This document shows, piece by piece, positions 48,117 to 57,789 of a DNA stretch of 64,000 nt. The stretch's first letter is position 1; every line of letters begins with the position of its first letter. The notes beneath the pieces are model-generated. The model had not been told where the DNA came from and did no database searches. It worked only from the letters and a program-made list of their open reading frames with translations. Source of the DNA: a virus; IMG/VR virus record IMGVR_UViG_3300023110_000023, positions 14,302 through 78,301 of that record. One strand, written 5' to 3'. The translations under genes and the position numbers were made by a program.

Positions 48117-49418
48117 ATGATGAAGCGAAAAGTGTTGATTCCGATTGGCGATGACGATGAGAACTCCACCGAGCATTCCCTGTTCGGAGGCGTTCACTCA
48201 AGTCTGCTGGGCTGGAATGTGGATGATTCTCATTGGAGAGCCACGCAAGCATCGCTGTCCCATCGCGTACAGATGGGGGCTTTCACCGAGATGACCCGAC
48301 TGATGACTGACCAACGAACCGCACGACCCGATGGTGAAATCACGCTGGAGGATTTTGGTCGGGCTGTCAAGGTCGTGGATGACACATACGATGATGTCCG
48401 AGAAGCAAAGGGTCGGGTTGAGAACACGGACTGTGAACTGACCTTCACTTCACCACAGCAGATGCTTGAGGCTGACAGTCAGCGAGGCTATCCCAACGCC
48501 CCTTCATTCAGCGACCCAACCAATTTGGGTGAGGCTAACCAATATCCGTTTGACTTCGGCTGTCCCGTCTTCGTTGTGAGGCAGGGGTGGGGAACTCCCT
48601 TCCCCGTGTTCTCCGAGTTTCAATATCTCGTTGAAGCCAACACAGCATTCAATGACGACCGTAGTGGTGCGTATTCGTGGGTCGGCAATCGCATCAAGAG
48701 CCTTCGGACTATGCCCACCGACCAATACGGCCACATCAATGCAATTGATGTGCCGATGGTGCTGATTCCACTCCCCGACCATGAACCGTATCTCGTTGGG
48801 AAGGTCGCCATGTTGAACACGAATCGCTTCTCGGTCGTGGGCAACATCGCTGACCCGATTCGCACAGGAGTGAACGCTGGGAAGCCCCTTATTCGCCCCG
48901 ATATATCGTTTGATGTGTTCCGCTGGCTTCGCCAAAACTATCAGCCACAACACCCACAGGAAACGGCTTGGACTGACATTCGCATCATGGCGTTGGAGAA
49001 GACGCTCAACGGCTTCATTCGCTCGGATGGAGAGCGACTCAATGACTACATCAACAATGCTGGCTATCTCCAATCGTCAGCCATGCTGTTGAAGCACCTG
49101 TCAGCCGTGAACGCGCTGGCGGAGGAAAACACCGAAACGCCTGTCGTGCAAGAGCGAGTGGGGGACTTCATCCCGTCTTGGAAGGATAAGCGAAAGCCCA
49201 TCCTCATTGACCGAGCATTCCCCCAATACCCCGTCTTCCATGACGAGATTCGCTGTGCTGGATGCAACGGCAGGGTGCTGATGAAACTCCCTGCTGGGAA
49301 CACCCTCTCATCGCTTCCATGCCCACACGATTCGTGCGAAAGCACCCTCCAATTCACCCACCTTCTCGGCAACCAAAACGGTCAAAAAGGTGGGACTGAA
49401 AATGAAATTGCGAAGTGA
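48117..49418 (+). CDS. hypothetical protein with C-terminal Zn ribbon
   Basis: 433 aa; SD GAGGTGA; CAGC...CPHDSC. Confidence 0.8.
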   Translation: MMKRKVLIPIGDDDENSTEHSLFGGVHSSLLGWNVDDSHWRATQASLSHRVQMGAFTEMTRLMTDQRTARPDGEITLEDFGRAVKVVDDTYDDVREAKGRVENTDCELTFTSPQQMLEADSQRGYPNAPSFSDPTNLGEANQYPFDFGCPVFVVRQGWGTPFPVFSEFQYLVEANTAFNDDRSGAYSWVGNRIKSLRTMPTDQYGHINAIDVPMVLIPLPDHEPYLVGKVAMLNTNRFSVVGNIADPIRTGVNAGKPLIRPDISFDVFRWLRQNYQPQHPQETAWTDIRIMALEKTLNGFIRSDGERLNDYINNAGYLQSSAMLLKHLSAVNALAEENTETPVVQERVGDFIPSWKDKRKPILIDRAFPQYPVFHDEIRCAGCNGRVLMKLPAGNTLSSLPCPHDSCESTLQFTHLLGNQNGQKGGTENEIAK

Positions 49419-49423
49419 TTGAC

Positions 49424-49903
49424 ATGGCGAAGAAAATCCCCAAGAGTTTGAAGCGAAGCATCGTGAAGGCGTTGCTGAATGAAGAAGAATTGACACCAGC
49501 ACAGGTCAGCGAGCGAGTGAACGCTGACCCCGAACTGCCCGAAAACTATCGGAAGACTCCGAAGCAGATGGCGTTTGTGATGAACCAAGTGGTCAAAGAA
49601 CTGAATGGCGTTGAGATGGTCGTGCTGTCCCGAAACGGTGTCAGCCATCATGGGAACGAGCGATTCCGAAAGGCGTATCGTGCAACATACGAAACGCTGG
49701 ATGAAGCCGATGAGGAACTCGGTGTCATCAACAAACCCACCAAGCGACTCAAGCAAATCACGGTGAACCTTCCCGATGATTGCGTCGCGTACATCAAGGC
49801 ATGGCGTGAGGCTGGTGTGAGTGCTGGTCGTGCGGTTGAGAACTTGATTCGTGCTGACATGGAAGCCAACGGTTTGCCCGATTCCTCCGCAGACGAAGTT
49901 TGA
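49424..49903 (+). CDS. putative transcription regulator (wHTH plus ribbon-helix-helix)
   Basis: N-term ELTPAQVSERV wHTH-like; C-term KQITVNLPDDCVAYIK...SAGRAVENLIR CopG/RHH-like. Confidence 0.65.
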   Translation: MAKKIPKSLKRSIVKALLNEEELTPAQVSERVNADPELPENYRKTPKQMAFVMNQVVKELNGVEMVVLSRNGVSHHGNERFRKAYRATYETLDEADEELGVINKPTKRLKQITVNLPDDCVAYIKAWREAGVSAGRAVENLIRADMEANGLPDSSADEV

Positions 49904-50090
49904 CTTTCGTGATAAGCCCTCTTCCGCAGGGCTTGGATTTTGAGATTTTATTGAGTTCAATATCAGCGTGAGCAAGGCGAATCGGATTCGTGCAAATCGC
50001 GACCAAAACCGATGACGGCTCGGCTTCGGGCGCGGTTGCCCAACGCAGACAAAGTGGTAGCATATAAAACTTATTGATAGCCACCAAATG

Positions 50091-50118
50091 TTGATAAAAT
50101 CCAAACATTGATAAGGTG
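50091..50118 (+). promoter_or_regulatory. class I double-box promoter
   Basis: TTGATAAAATCCAAACATTGATAAGG; ATG 50138 at +30. Confidence 0.7.
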
Positions 50119-50137
50119 TCGTGTGCTGGGGATAATC

Positions 50138-50578
50138 ATGCCGACACACACGCATACCGAGATGAGCCGAACAGGATTGCACAAGAAGACCAAATATCAC
50201 ACGGGTCGCACGAATGACGATTCGTTGGGATTGAACAGCAACCCATATCACATCACCAACATCAGCGAATCCTTCCGAGTCGCTATCCAGCGAGATGAGG
50301 ATGGAGTCCTTTGGTCAATCAAGGTGATGTCGCAACCTTACGGCTGGAACTCATGCTCTCTATGTGGCGACAGCACTCATCAACGACCCAGCAAAACGGG
50401 CGGTCGCTGGCTGACTCACGGAGAGGATTGCACCCTGTTCAACGAGCGTGGATTCTCCCTGCCCACAGGATTCGTGTCCCTCGCCAATGCGAAGGAGTTC
50501 GTTCCAACCATCGCCAAAATCCACACGACCGTTGTTGTCCAGCACGAAGTCGTCTTTGAGGGTTCACGCGTTTGTTGA
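50138..50578 (+). CDS. hypothetical protein with CxxC (class I cassette)
   Basis: MPTHTHTEM...CSLCG...H...C. Confidence 0.7.
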   Translation: MPTHTHTEMSRTGLHKKTKYHTGRTNDDSLGLNSNPYHITNISESFRVAIQRDEDGVLWSIKVMSQPYGWNSCSLCGDSTHQRPSKTGGRWLTHGEDCTLFNERGFSLPTGFVSLANAKEFVPTIAKIHTTVVVQHEVVFEGSRVC

Positions 50579-50635
50579 GCCCACCATGCGACCCTGCTGG
50601 GTCTTTGATAAGGGTGGGGGGCAAGAGCCCTCTCC

Positions 50636-50836
50636 ATGACGAGATTCAAGGTCGTAGTGGACTTGGGGGATGCTGGAGTCATCTCCGAAGAAGCAAGTGG
50701 GAATGTGAGCAACGCACTCAAGATGGCGTATGAAAAATGCAAGGAGAAGCGAACCAATCCCATCAGCGTCAGCGTAGTTCAAATCGCGGAGGCTGATTCG
50801 GGAAATTGGAAGCCCTCCATTCCATCTCGCTCGTAA
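50636..50836 (+). CDS. small hypothetical protein
   Basis: Class II box TTGATAAGGGTGGG at 50605. Confidence 0.65.
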   Translation: MTRFKVVVDLGDAGVISEEASGNVSNALKMAYEKCKEKRTNPISVSVVQIAEADSGNWKPSIPSRS

Positions 50837-51045
50837 GCGTAGCGGGTGGGGGGCGAACAGGTCGCCTTCACTTGATGCAAGGCATCGGCACATCAACGAT
50901 GTGTGGTCGTTCCACAGAAGAAGCAATCATCCACGATGGCGAATGGGTTGATGAGGTTCTCACCAACCTTGACGACAAATCCACCAGCGTGTGTGCGAAG
51001 TGTCGCGCTTGCTGGGACAAAGCAAATCGCCCAAACCGAGATTAA
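50806..51045 (+). CDS. small Zn-finger protein
   Basis: H...MCG...CAKCRAC. Confidence 0.55.
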   Translation: MEALHSISLVSVAGGGRTGRLHLMQGIGTSTMCGRSTEEAIIHDGEWVDEVLTNLDDKSTSVCAKCRACWDKANRPNRD

Positions 51046-51067
51046 CCGAGAGGGTTGATTCCATGTC

Positions 51068-51412
51068 ATGTCAGCGGAGGAAGCGGAGATGAAGCCCGAA
51101 CTCAAATGGGTCGTGGCTGGAAGCAAAGGGATGGAACTTCACGCACATCGGTGCGACAACGATGAGAAGGTCATCAGCATCACCACAGGCAACACCACAT
51201 GGGCATTCACCTTCGTTGGTGTTGAAGGTGCTGGGAAGGTTCGCATCGGTGCTGGGTGCAATTTCAATCCACTTCAAATGGTGGAATCGCTGTGGTCAAT
51301 GCTCATGTCGCATGAGCCCGATGAAGCCATCCACATCTCGCTGGATGACTTGGATTTGAGCGACATGAACATGAACGCATTCAACAAAGAATTGAGGGAG
51401 GATTGGACTTGA
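51068..51412 (+). CDS. hypothetical protein
   Basis: AGATTAACC box at 51039. Confidence 0.65.
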   Translation: MSAEEAEMKPELKWVVAGSKGMELHAHRCDNDEKVISITTGNTTWAFTFVGVEGAGKVRIGAGCNFNPLQMVESLWSMLMSHEPDEAIHISLDDLDLSDMNMNAFNKELREDWT

Positions 51413-51696
51413 TTGCATGGGCATCTAAGGTCAAACTTCTCAACGATTCGGTCGTCATGCTCGTATTCAATGAACGACTCAAAGCCGTTGGCTCAATGAT
51501 TGAGCAGGGCAACGATTGGCTGGTTCAAAATGGCGACCTCGTTCCATTTCAAATCAAGGCAGATGGCTGTCCCGACCCGATGGATTTCATGTTCAAACTG
51601 ACATCGCCACGCAACGAGGATATTGAAACCGATAAGCCGTTGATGGAGTTCACGGCTGGTTCGGGTGAACGCTGGGAAGTTTGGGAAGTGAAGTGA
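51403..51696 (+). CDS. hypothetical protein
   Basis: Overlaps both neighbours; SD GGAGG. Confidence 0.6.
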   Translation: MDLIAWASKVKLLNDSVVMLVFNERLKAVGSMIEQGNDWLVQNGDLVPFQIKADGCPDPMDFMFKLTSPRNEDIETDKPLMEFTAGSGERWEVWEVK

Positions 51697-54431
51697 TGGG
51701 TCGCGAGCAAGAACTCCGAGATTGGTTGGCGACCAACGCGCCCGATGTCGTGGTGCGAAAGAACACGACATACAGGGAACTCGCTCGGCTGGTGCAACAG
51801 CAATCGGGCGGTGTCCCCATCGTCTTGGGCGACCTTGATGACGAGTTCCGCGACCCGCGTACAACCACGACAACGACCACTACAACGACCGCCACAGGCA
51901 CAGGAACAGCCGACTTGGAGATTGGGAATGTGAACACCGTTTCGGCTTCTGCTGGTGCGTCAGCGACCATCACGACAGCGACCGATGGAACTCGCAAACT
52001 CAACCTCAACATTCCGAGAGGCGACACGGGCGCGTCGGGTGCAAACGGAAGCGATGGTGCGAATGGGACTAACGGTGCTGACGGACAAGACGGTGCAGAC
52101 GGTTCGCCAGCGACCATCACAATCGGGACAGTTTCAACGGGCTCGGCTGGGTCAAGTGCAACGGTCAGCAACAGCGGGACTTCATCTGCTGTGGTGCTGG
52201 ACTTCACGATTCCAGCAGGGGCTACGGGTGCGACAGGTGCGACAGGTGCGACAGGTGCAACGGGTTCTGCTGGTGCAGACGGGGCAGACGGGGCTGATGG
52301 TGCAGACGGCACATCGGCAACCATCGCAGTCGGAACGGTGTCCACAGGGTCAGCAGGTTCGTCAGCAACGGTTGTCAATTCGGGAACTGCGAGTTCCGCT
52401 GTCTTTGACTTCACGATTCCGAGAGGTGCAGACGGCACGAATGGAACGAATGGAACAAACGGGGTTGATGGTGCAGATGGGGCAGATGGGGCAGACGGGG
52501 TTTCACCGACTGTGGCTGTTGGAACAGTCAGCACAGGGTCAGCGGGGAGTTCTGCGACCGTTGTGAACAGCGGAACATCGTCAGCGGTCGTCTTGGATTT
52601 CACCATCCCAAGAGGCGACACGGGCGCGACAGGTGCTACGGGTGCAACAGGCTCGGCTGGTGCTGATGGTGCTGATGGGGCAACCCCAACCATCACAATC
52701 GGGACAGTCAGCACAGGTGTGGCTGGGTCGTCTGCGACAGTCAGCAATTCGGGAACGCCCACAGCGGTCGTGCTGGACTTCGCGATTCCAGCGGGGGCAG
52801 ATGGGGCAGATGGGGCTGATGGAACTGATGGGGCTGACGGCAACACGATTGACATTTCAGCCCTCCCAGCGAACACGGCAATCGCTGATGCCGACCTTCT
52901 TCTGCTTGATGACGGGGCTAACGGCACGAACCGAAAAATCACCTTCACAGCAGTCAAGAATTGGATAAAAGGCTACGGTGTGAAACACGCTGACCAATTC
53001 GGGAACGCTGGAATTGAGGGCGGTGTGAACGAACTTCGGATTCGGGATTCACGCTATGATGGCGATGTTCACCCCAACGAGTTCCCCGACAAAACCGTGT
53101 CATTTGATTTCACAGACGACATCACAGGTTCACCAAACTCTTGGGATGCAGTCATCACGATGAAGGGCTGGTCGGACAATTATCGGGCATATCAAATATG
53201 GTCGTCTGCGTCTTCGGGTGGGCAGTCTGTGGATGAAGTTCCGCTATTCTTCCGTAGTGGCGAGGAAGATGTGCAAGACGGCTGGGGTCAAACGAAGGAG
53301 ATTCTCACTTTCGCTGGAACAGCCCCACGCGTTGATGGTGCTACGGGACAAATCCTCCAAACCGATGGTGCTGGAACTTTGTCTTGGGTTGATTTGCCCG
53401 CAGGTAGCGGTGGAACACCAGCGGGCGTATTGGGCTCAATACAGTTCAACGATGGTGCTGGTGGATTCGCCAGCGATGATGCGAACTTGCTTTGGGATGA
53501 TGCGAACAACCGATTGGGCGTTGGGACAAACTCGCCAAGCGAAACGCTTCATGTCAAAGGGAATCTGCTGGTTGAAGACCCGTCATCAACAGGGTCATCC
53601 GACCATTTGCTTGAAGTCAAATCGGGTTCATCAGCAACCCCCGACAACGCTCGCATTCTCGTTTCAGCAGACACCGATGCAAAATTGCCGATGTTCAACC
53701 TGCGTGATGTGGAGGCGAATGGCGGGACATTTAGCCCGAATTATTCGGCTTATCTTGCCCTTGACCGAGCAACGCCTGTCGTATCGGGTTCGGCTCAAAA
53801 TGACCTGTTGATTGCTAACGGGAACTACAACAAAGACATTCACCTTTGCACAAACAATGCAGGGGATGGTTCGGGCGTGGAGGCTCGCTTAACGATTGCC
53901 TCGGATGGCGATGTTGGGATTGGAACAACAGCACCCGACAACCCACTCCATGTGGTCGGGGCGGGCGACTTCCCCTTCCGTGTTCAAGCAGACGAAGGCA
54001 ACCTTCGGATGAACAAATACGGCCACCTTCACATTCAAAACGACAACACATCACCACCCTCCGCAAGCACAATTGACAGTCCCTTATGGTCTGTCGGCCA
54101 GCGTGATGGCGGTCAATTGGACATCGCCTTCGGCTCGCTCGCAACGCAATTGGTGTCAGCCAACGACAAACTGCTGGAACTCAAGCGGGATGCGAACTCG
54201 GCAACAGGGGCGAAGCAGATTGGCTTCTTGGGGGCAACAGCGGTCAGCCAGCAGTCTGCCTCATTCTTTGACCACACGGGCGCGTACACAGCCCCAGCAC
54301 CTCCACCACCACCGATGCCTCCGTCAGCCGACCCAACCTTTGACGCTGAACTTGATGCTCGGTTCATCGCGATTGAGCAGTCCATCGGTGAAATCATCAC
54401 GGCTCTCAAGAACTTCGGCTTGCTGTCGTGA
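51696..54431 (+). CDS. collagen-like fibre protein (tail/head fibre)
   Basis: G-A-D/G-A-T/G-T-N triplets alternating with four TIGTVSTGSAGSSATVxNSGTxSAVxDFTIP repeats; fibre motifs WDDANNRLGVGTNSP and GDVGIGTTAP. Confidence 0.85.
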   Translation: MGREQELRDWLATNAPDVVVRKNTTYRELARLVQQQSGGVPIVLGDLDDEFRDPRTTTTTTTTTTATGTGTADLEIGNVNTVSASAGASATITTATDGTRKLNLNIPRGDTGASGANGSDGANGTNGADGQDGADGSPATITIGTVSTGSAGSSATVSNSGTSSAVVLDFTIPAGATGATGATGATGATGSAGADGADGADGADGTSATIAVGTVSTGSAGSSATVVNSGTASSAVFDFTIPRGADGTNGTNGTNGVDGADGADGADGVSPTVAVGTVSTGSAGSSATVVNSGTSSAVVLDFTIPRGDTGATGATGATGSAGADGADGATPTITIGTVSTGVAGSSATVSNSGTPTAVVLDFAIPAGADGADGADGTDGADGNTIDISALPANTAIADADLLLLDDGANGTNRKITFTAVKNWIKGYGVKHADQFGNAGIEGGVNELRIRDSRYDGDVHPNEFPDKTVSFDFTDDITGSPNSWDAVITMKGWSDNYRAYQIWSSASSGGQSVDEVPLFFRSGEEDVQDGWGQTKEILTFAGTAPRVDGATGQILQTDGAGTLSWVDLPAGSGGTPAGVLGSIQFNDGAGGFASDDANLLWDDANNRLGVGTNSPSETLHVKGNLLVEDPSSTGSSDHLLEVKSGSSATPDNARILVSADTDAKLPMFNLRDVEANGGTFSPNYSAYLALDRATPVVSGSAQNDLLIANGNYNKDIHLCTNNAGDGSGVEARLTIASDGDVGIGTTAPDNPLHVVGAGDFPFRVQADEGNLRMNKYGHLHIQNDNTSPPSASTIDSPLWSVGQRDGGQLDIAFGSLATQLVSANDKLLELKRDANSATGAKQIGFLGATAVSQQSASFFDHTGAYTAPAPPPPPMPPSADPTFDAELDARFIAIEQSIGEIITALKNFGLLS
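51920..52840 (+). repeat. internal coding repeats of the fibre gene
   Basis: Four near-identical ~33-aa modules plus one degenerate copy, separated by Gly-X-Y runs. Confidence 0.85.
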
Positions 54432-54502
54432 TGCGAGGAATCGCCACCATCGCTGGCGTATCAATGGAAACGCTTATCAATTGATTCGGGTTGCGGTCGC
54501 TC

Positions 54503-54652
54503 ATGGCCGAACTGCTATACGAGATACAGACTGACAAAACGATTGAGCGAGTGTTCCGAGAGCGTGGTGTGCGATTCCATTATGTCGCCACCGAAGCGTG
54601 TGAACTGTTGATTGCCGATGAAGAGTTCATGGGCTTCCCGACAGGTATATGA
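54503..54652 (+). CDS. 49-aa microprotein (not in ORF track)
   Basis: MAELLYEIQTDKTIERVFRERGVRFHYVATEACELLIADEEFMGFPTGI; stop overlaps next ATG. Confidence 0.5.
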   Translation: MAELLYEIQTDKTIERVFRERGVRFHYVATEACELLIADEEFMGFPTGI

Positions 54653-54900
54653 CACAGGGCTCAACGACTCTCATCATGGCTTCCGACATCACTCTTCCAC
54701 CTAAGTGCAGGTGGGTTGCGAGTGGGAAGAATCCGACAGCATACATCATGAATCAATACGACCAATGCGTGTGTCAAATCTGCCTCAAGCCAATCACCCA
54801 GCAGAACACCAAATGCACTCGCAGACTCAAGGAGAAGTCCTGTGGTCAATGCTATCTCAAGTGGAAGGCATTGGAACGAGAGCGAATGGGCTTGTCTTGA
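54649..54900 (+). CDS. Zn-finger protein
   Basis: CQICLK...CGQCY. Confidence 0.6.
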   Translation: MTQGSTTLIMASDITLPPKCRWVASGKNPTAYIMNQYDQCVCQICLKPITQQNTKCTRRLKEKSCGQCYLKWKALERERMGLS

Positions 54901-54926
54901 TAACGGTGGGACAGCCCGTTCCACGC

Positions 54927-56363
54927 ATGGCCTCATACGAAGTCGTTCTTGGCGACTGCCTCACCGAACTCAAAGCGATGGAGGGTGGGCGATTCCATTC
55001 GTGCATCACCTCCCCTCCGTATTTCATGTTGAGGGACTACGGCACAGACGAGCAGATTGGGAACGAGGAATCGCTGGATGACTACATCGCCAAAATGGTT
55101 GAGGTGATGCGTGAGGTTCGCAGGGTGCTTCGGGATGACGGAGTGCTGTGGCTGAACATCGGTGATTCATACAACGGAAGCGGGGGTGCTGGAGGCGACT
55201 ACAACAAAGGTGGCTGGAAGGAAGGACAACCGCGATACGGCAAGAAGGATGACCCACGATTCAAGCCGAAGGACTTGATGCTCGTTCCACATCGGCTGGC
55301 GATTGCTCTCCAAGAGGATGGTTGGTTCTTGCGACAGGACATCGTTTGGGCGAAGAACAACCCGATGCCCGAACCAGCGAAGGACAGGTGCGTGAAGGCT
55401 CACGAATATGTCTTCCTCCTGTCCAAATCTCGCCACTATTTCTTTGACCACATCGCCATCCAAGAGCCCGTTGCAGACTCCAAACGCACGAACTACGCCT
55501 GTGGCGGTCGGACAAACGGAATCAACCACGACAGGAACGACAACGACATGAGGGAACGGTCGCTGGGAATCGTGTTCAAGACTCGCAACAAACGAAGCGT
55601 GTGGACTGTCAATACGAAGGCATACGCTGGGGCTCACTTCGCTGTGTTCCCACCCGAACTGATTGAACCATGCGTCTTGACCACGCCAACCAAGTGCTGT
55701 GCAGAATGTGGACAGGGCTACGAGAGGGTCGTTAAAGACCGAGCCTTGACTGACGAGGAAGTGCATGACTTGATGATGACACCCGAAGGGGATGATGTTC
55801 CATACACGGTCAAGGAACTTGGACACGGCAGAAGTGCTGTGGTTGAGTTTAGGGACTTGCCTCCACCGAAGGTGCTGGCGACCTATCTCAACGATGCGAG
55901 GAAGAGGGCTGGCTTGACCATCAAGGAAGTGGAGGAACGGCTGGAGTCAAGAGCCCCACATCATTGGTTTGAGATGGGCGATTCGCATTCATACCCGTCT
56001 GCTGACGAATGGCCGACCGTCAAGGAACTGTTTGACCTTGACGACCGATACGATGAGCAGATGACCAATGTGAAGTTCAAGAGTGGAATCAAAGGCGAGA
56101 ACGAGCCCACAGTCTATGGCTGGGAGAAGGCTTGCGTTTGTGAAACTGACGAAACCAAACCAGCGGTCGTGCTTGACCCGTTTGGCGGAAGTGGAACTAC
56201 GGCTGGAGTGGCGGTCAAGAATCAGCGAGATGCTGTGCTTATTGAAGTCAATAGCGAATACGCCAAACTCATCCCGAACCGTGTCAAGTCAATCGTTGGC
56301 TACGACCTTGCAGAAGGCGAGGCTTCGGTGGACACCCAAACTTTTGATGATTGGTTCAATTGA
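54927..56363 (+). CDS. DNA N4-cytosine (beta-class amino) methyltransferase with inserted HTH
   Basis: ITSPPY catalytic motif N-terminal, VLDPFGGSGTT SAM motif C-terminal, HFAVFP; start 30 bp after class II box at 54897. Confidence 0.93.
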   Translation: MASYEVVLGDCLTELKAMEGGRFHSCITSPPYFMLRDYGTDEQIGNEESLDDYIAKMVEVMREVRRVLRDDGVLWLNIGDSYNGSGGAGGDYNKGGWKEGQPRYGKKDDPRFKPKDLMLVPHRLAIALQEDGWFLRQDIVWAKNNPMPEPAKDRCVKAHEYVFLLSKSRHYFFDHIAIQEPVADSKRTNYACGGRTNGINHDRNDNDMRERSLGIVFKTRNKRSVWTVNTKAYAGAHFAVFPPELIEPCVLTTPTKCCAECGQGYERVVKDRALTDEEVHDLMMTPEGDDVPYTVKELGHGRSAVVEFRDLPPPKVLATYLNDARKRAGLTIKEVEERLESRAPHHWFEMGDSHSYPSADEWPTVKELFDLDDRYDEQMTNVKFKSGIKGENEPTVYGWEKACVCETDETKPAVVLDPFGGSGTTAGVAVKNQRDAVLIEVNSEYAKLIPNRVKSIVGYDLAEGEASVDTQTFDDWFN

Positions 56364-56436
56364 TACAATGGAAACCTTGATAAACTCTCATGTGCTGGGC
56401 GGAATAAGCCCGACCGAAACGGGCGGAGATGATACA

Positions 56437-56886
56437 ATGGAAACGAAAACGACATCATATTGGACAAAAACAGGGAGAGGCAAAAGCAAGCGATGGGTCA
56501 AAGCGGGTGCAAGCCGTTTTGAACTTGACCTGTCCATCGTGGAGATGACCGCATACCCAATGAAGAACCAAGACCCAACGGAATGGTTTGACGGATTCGC
56601 AGTCTGCTTTCGTGGACAGGCTCTCTTTCATGGGTTGTTGCAGGGTTCAAGGGTGGAATGCTTCGTCATCGCACGACACGCTGACCGCACCCAAACGGGA
56701 ACATTCGCTGTGATTCAAGACGACGACACGATGCACCACGACCATGTGCTGTCATACGCGCCCGAACTGTTGAAGTCGCCACGCTCTCACCCGTTCCTTT
56801 TCGTGTCGCTGGAGGATGCAAAAGCCTTTGTTGATTCCTTGCATTCCATCACGGTCAGCCACTCGGCTCACAGGAGGGATGCTTGA
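56437..56886 (+). CDS. hypothetical protein (class I-like cassette)
   Basis: SD GGAG; double box TTGATACAATGGAAACCTTGATAAAC at 56360-56385. Confidence 0.65.
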   Translation: METKTTSYWTKTGRGKSKRWVKAGASRFELDLSIVEMTAYPMKNQDPTEWFDGFAVCFRGQALFHGLLQGSRVECFVIARHADRTQTGTFAVIQDDDTMHHDHVLSYAPELLKSPRSHPFLFVSLEDAKAFVDSLHSITVSHSAHRRDA

Positions 56887-57437
56887 TGTCCTTCCCATCA
56901 CCTCAAGCCAAACTGATTCACTACAACATGGCTCAAGAGATTCTTGAGGATGCAGAACTGAATGGCGTGGTGCTGGAGTCCGAAGAGGGCTTCGTGAACT
57001 ACCGAGATGACTTCGTGAAGCAAGTCTTCCTTGACCCAGCCAGCCCGCGATACCGAATGTCGTGGAGTGGCGTTGGTGTGCGAGCGAACTTCAACAGGAA
57101 CAGCATCACCTATTGGCGAGCGAGCAACCGAGAGCGTTTGGTTGAGGATGAGAAGAACCGCTTGCGTGAGATTGATGAAAACCTCCGACGCGCCCACGCC
57201 ATGCGTCGTGATGCACTTGCATTGGCCGATGGTGCGGTTGCTGAAATCTTGGCGACCGACTTGACCACGCACACCAACGAATCGGTGTACGCGTTCTTCA
57301 ACGAGGTTTGGTGCAGGGAGAAGGGTTGCGACATCAAATCCTTCGCCAAGACGAAGCAGTTCCGAATGTTCCAAGACTTCGCATTCCGAAGGCTCAACGA
57401 AGCCGTTGCAGACGCAGGGATTGGTGAAGACGAATGA
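56883..57437 (+). CDS. hypothetical protein
   Basis: Coupled; SD GGAGG. Confidence 0.7.
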   Translation: MMSFPSPQAKLIHYNMAQEILEDAELNGVVLESEEGFVNYRDDFVKQVFLDPASPRYRMSWSGVGVRANFNRNSITYWRASNRERLVEDEKNRLREIDENLRRAHAMRRDALALADGAVAEILATDLTTHTNESVYAFFNEVWCREKGCDIKSFAKTKQFRMFQDFAFRRLNEAVADAGIGEDE

Positions 57438-57631
57438 CAACACCATCCTTCTCCGAGCGATGCCGACTGTGCCTTGAGCCTCTCGCATCGGGATGCTTCA
57501 ACGGTCGTGGTCATGTGCTGACCAACCTCATGGACTTGCCGAGTGGCGACCCGACCCAGCAGGGACAATGCTGTGATAGGTGCAACGCCCACACGGTTCT
57601 GCCCTTGCGATTGAAGGGGGTTCATGTTTGA
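57434..57631 (+). CDS. small Zn-finger protein
   Basis: CRLC...GH...CCDRCN..VLP.R, a common phage Zn-finger pattern. Confidence 0.7.
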   Translation: MTTPSFSERCRLCLEPLASGCFNGRGHVLTNLMDLPSGDPTQQGQCCDRCNAHTVLPLRLKGVHV

Positions 57632-57789
57632 AATTGAAGGCTTCGTATTTTGGGAATGTGTGGGAAGCCCATGCCGATGCCCTGCGTTCTCGCAACCGCT
57701 GGCGACTGCTGTTCGTGATGTCCATGCTTGGACACATCGGGTGGGGTGTTGGGGTTGTTTGATAACGGTGGGGAGGCAGACCAATGAGC

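Noticed and set aside
51650-52957. Long antisense ORFs (this 435-aa one, also 43694-44650, 60903-62015, 27317-28018)
   Set aside because: They mirror well-supported plus-strand genes, carry no promoter box, and arise from codon bias and repeats.
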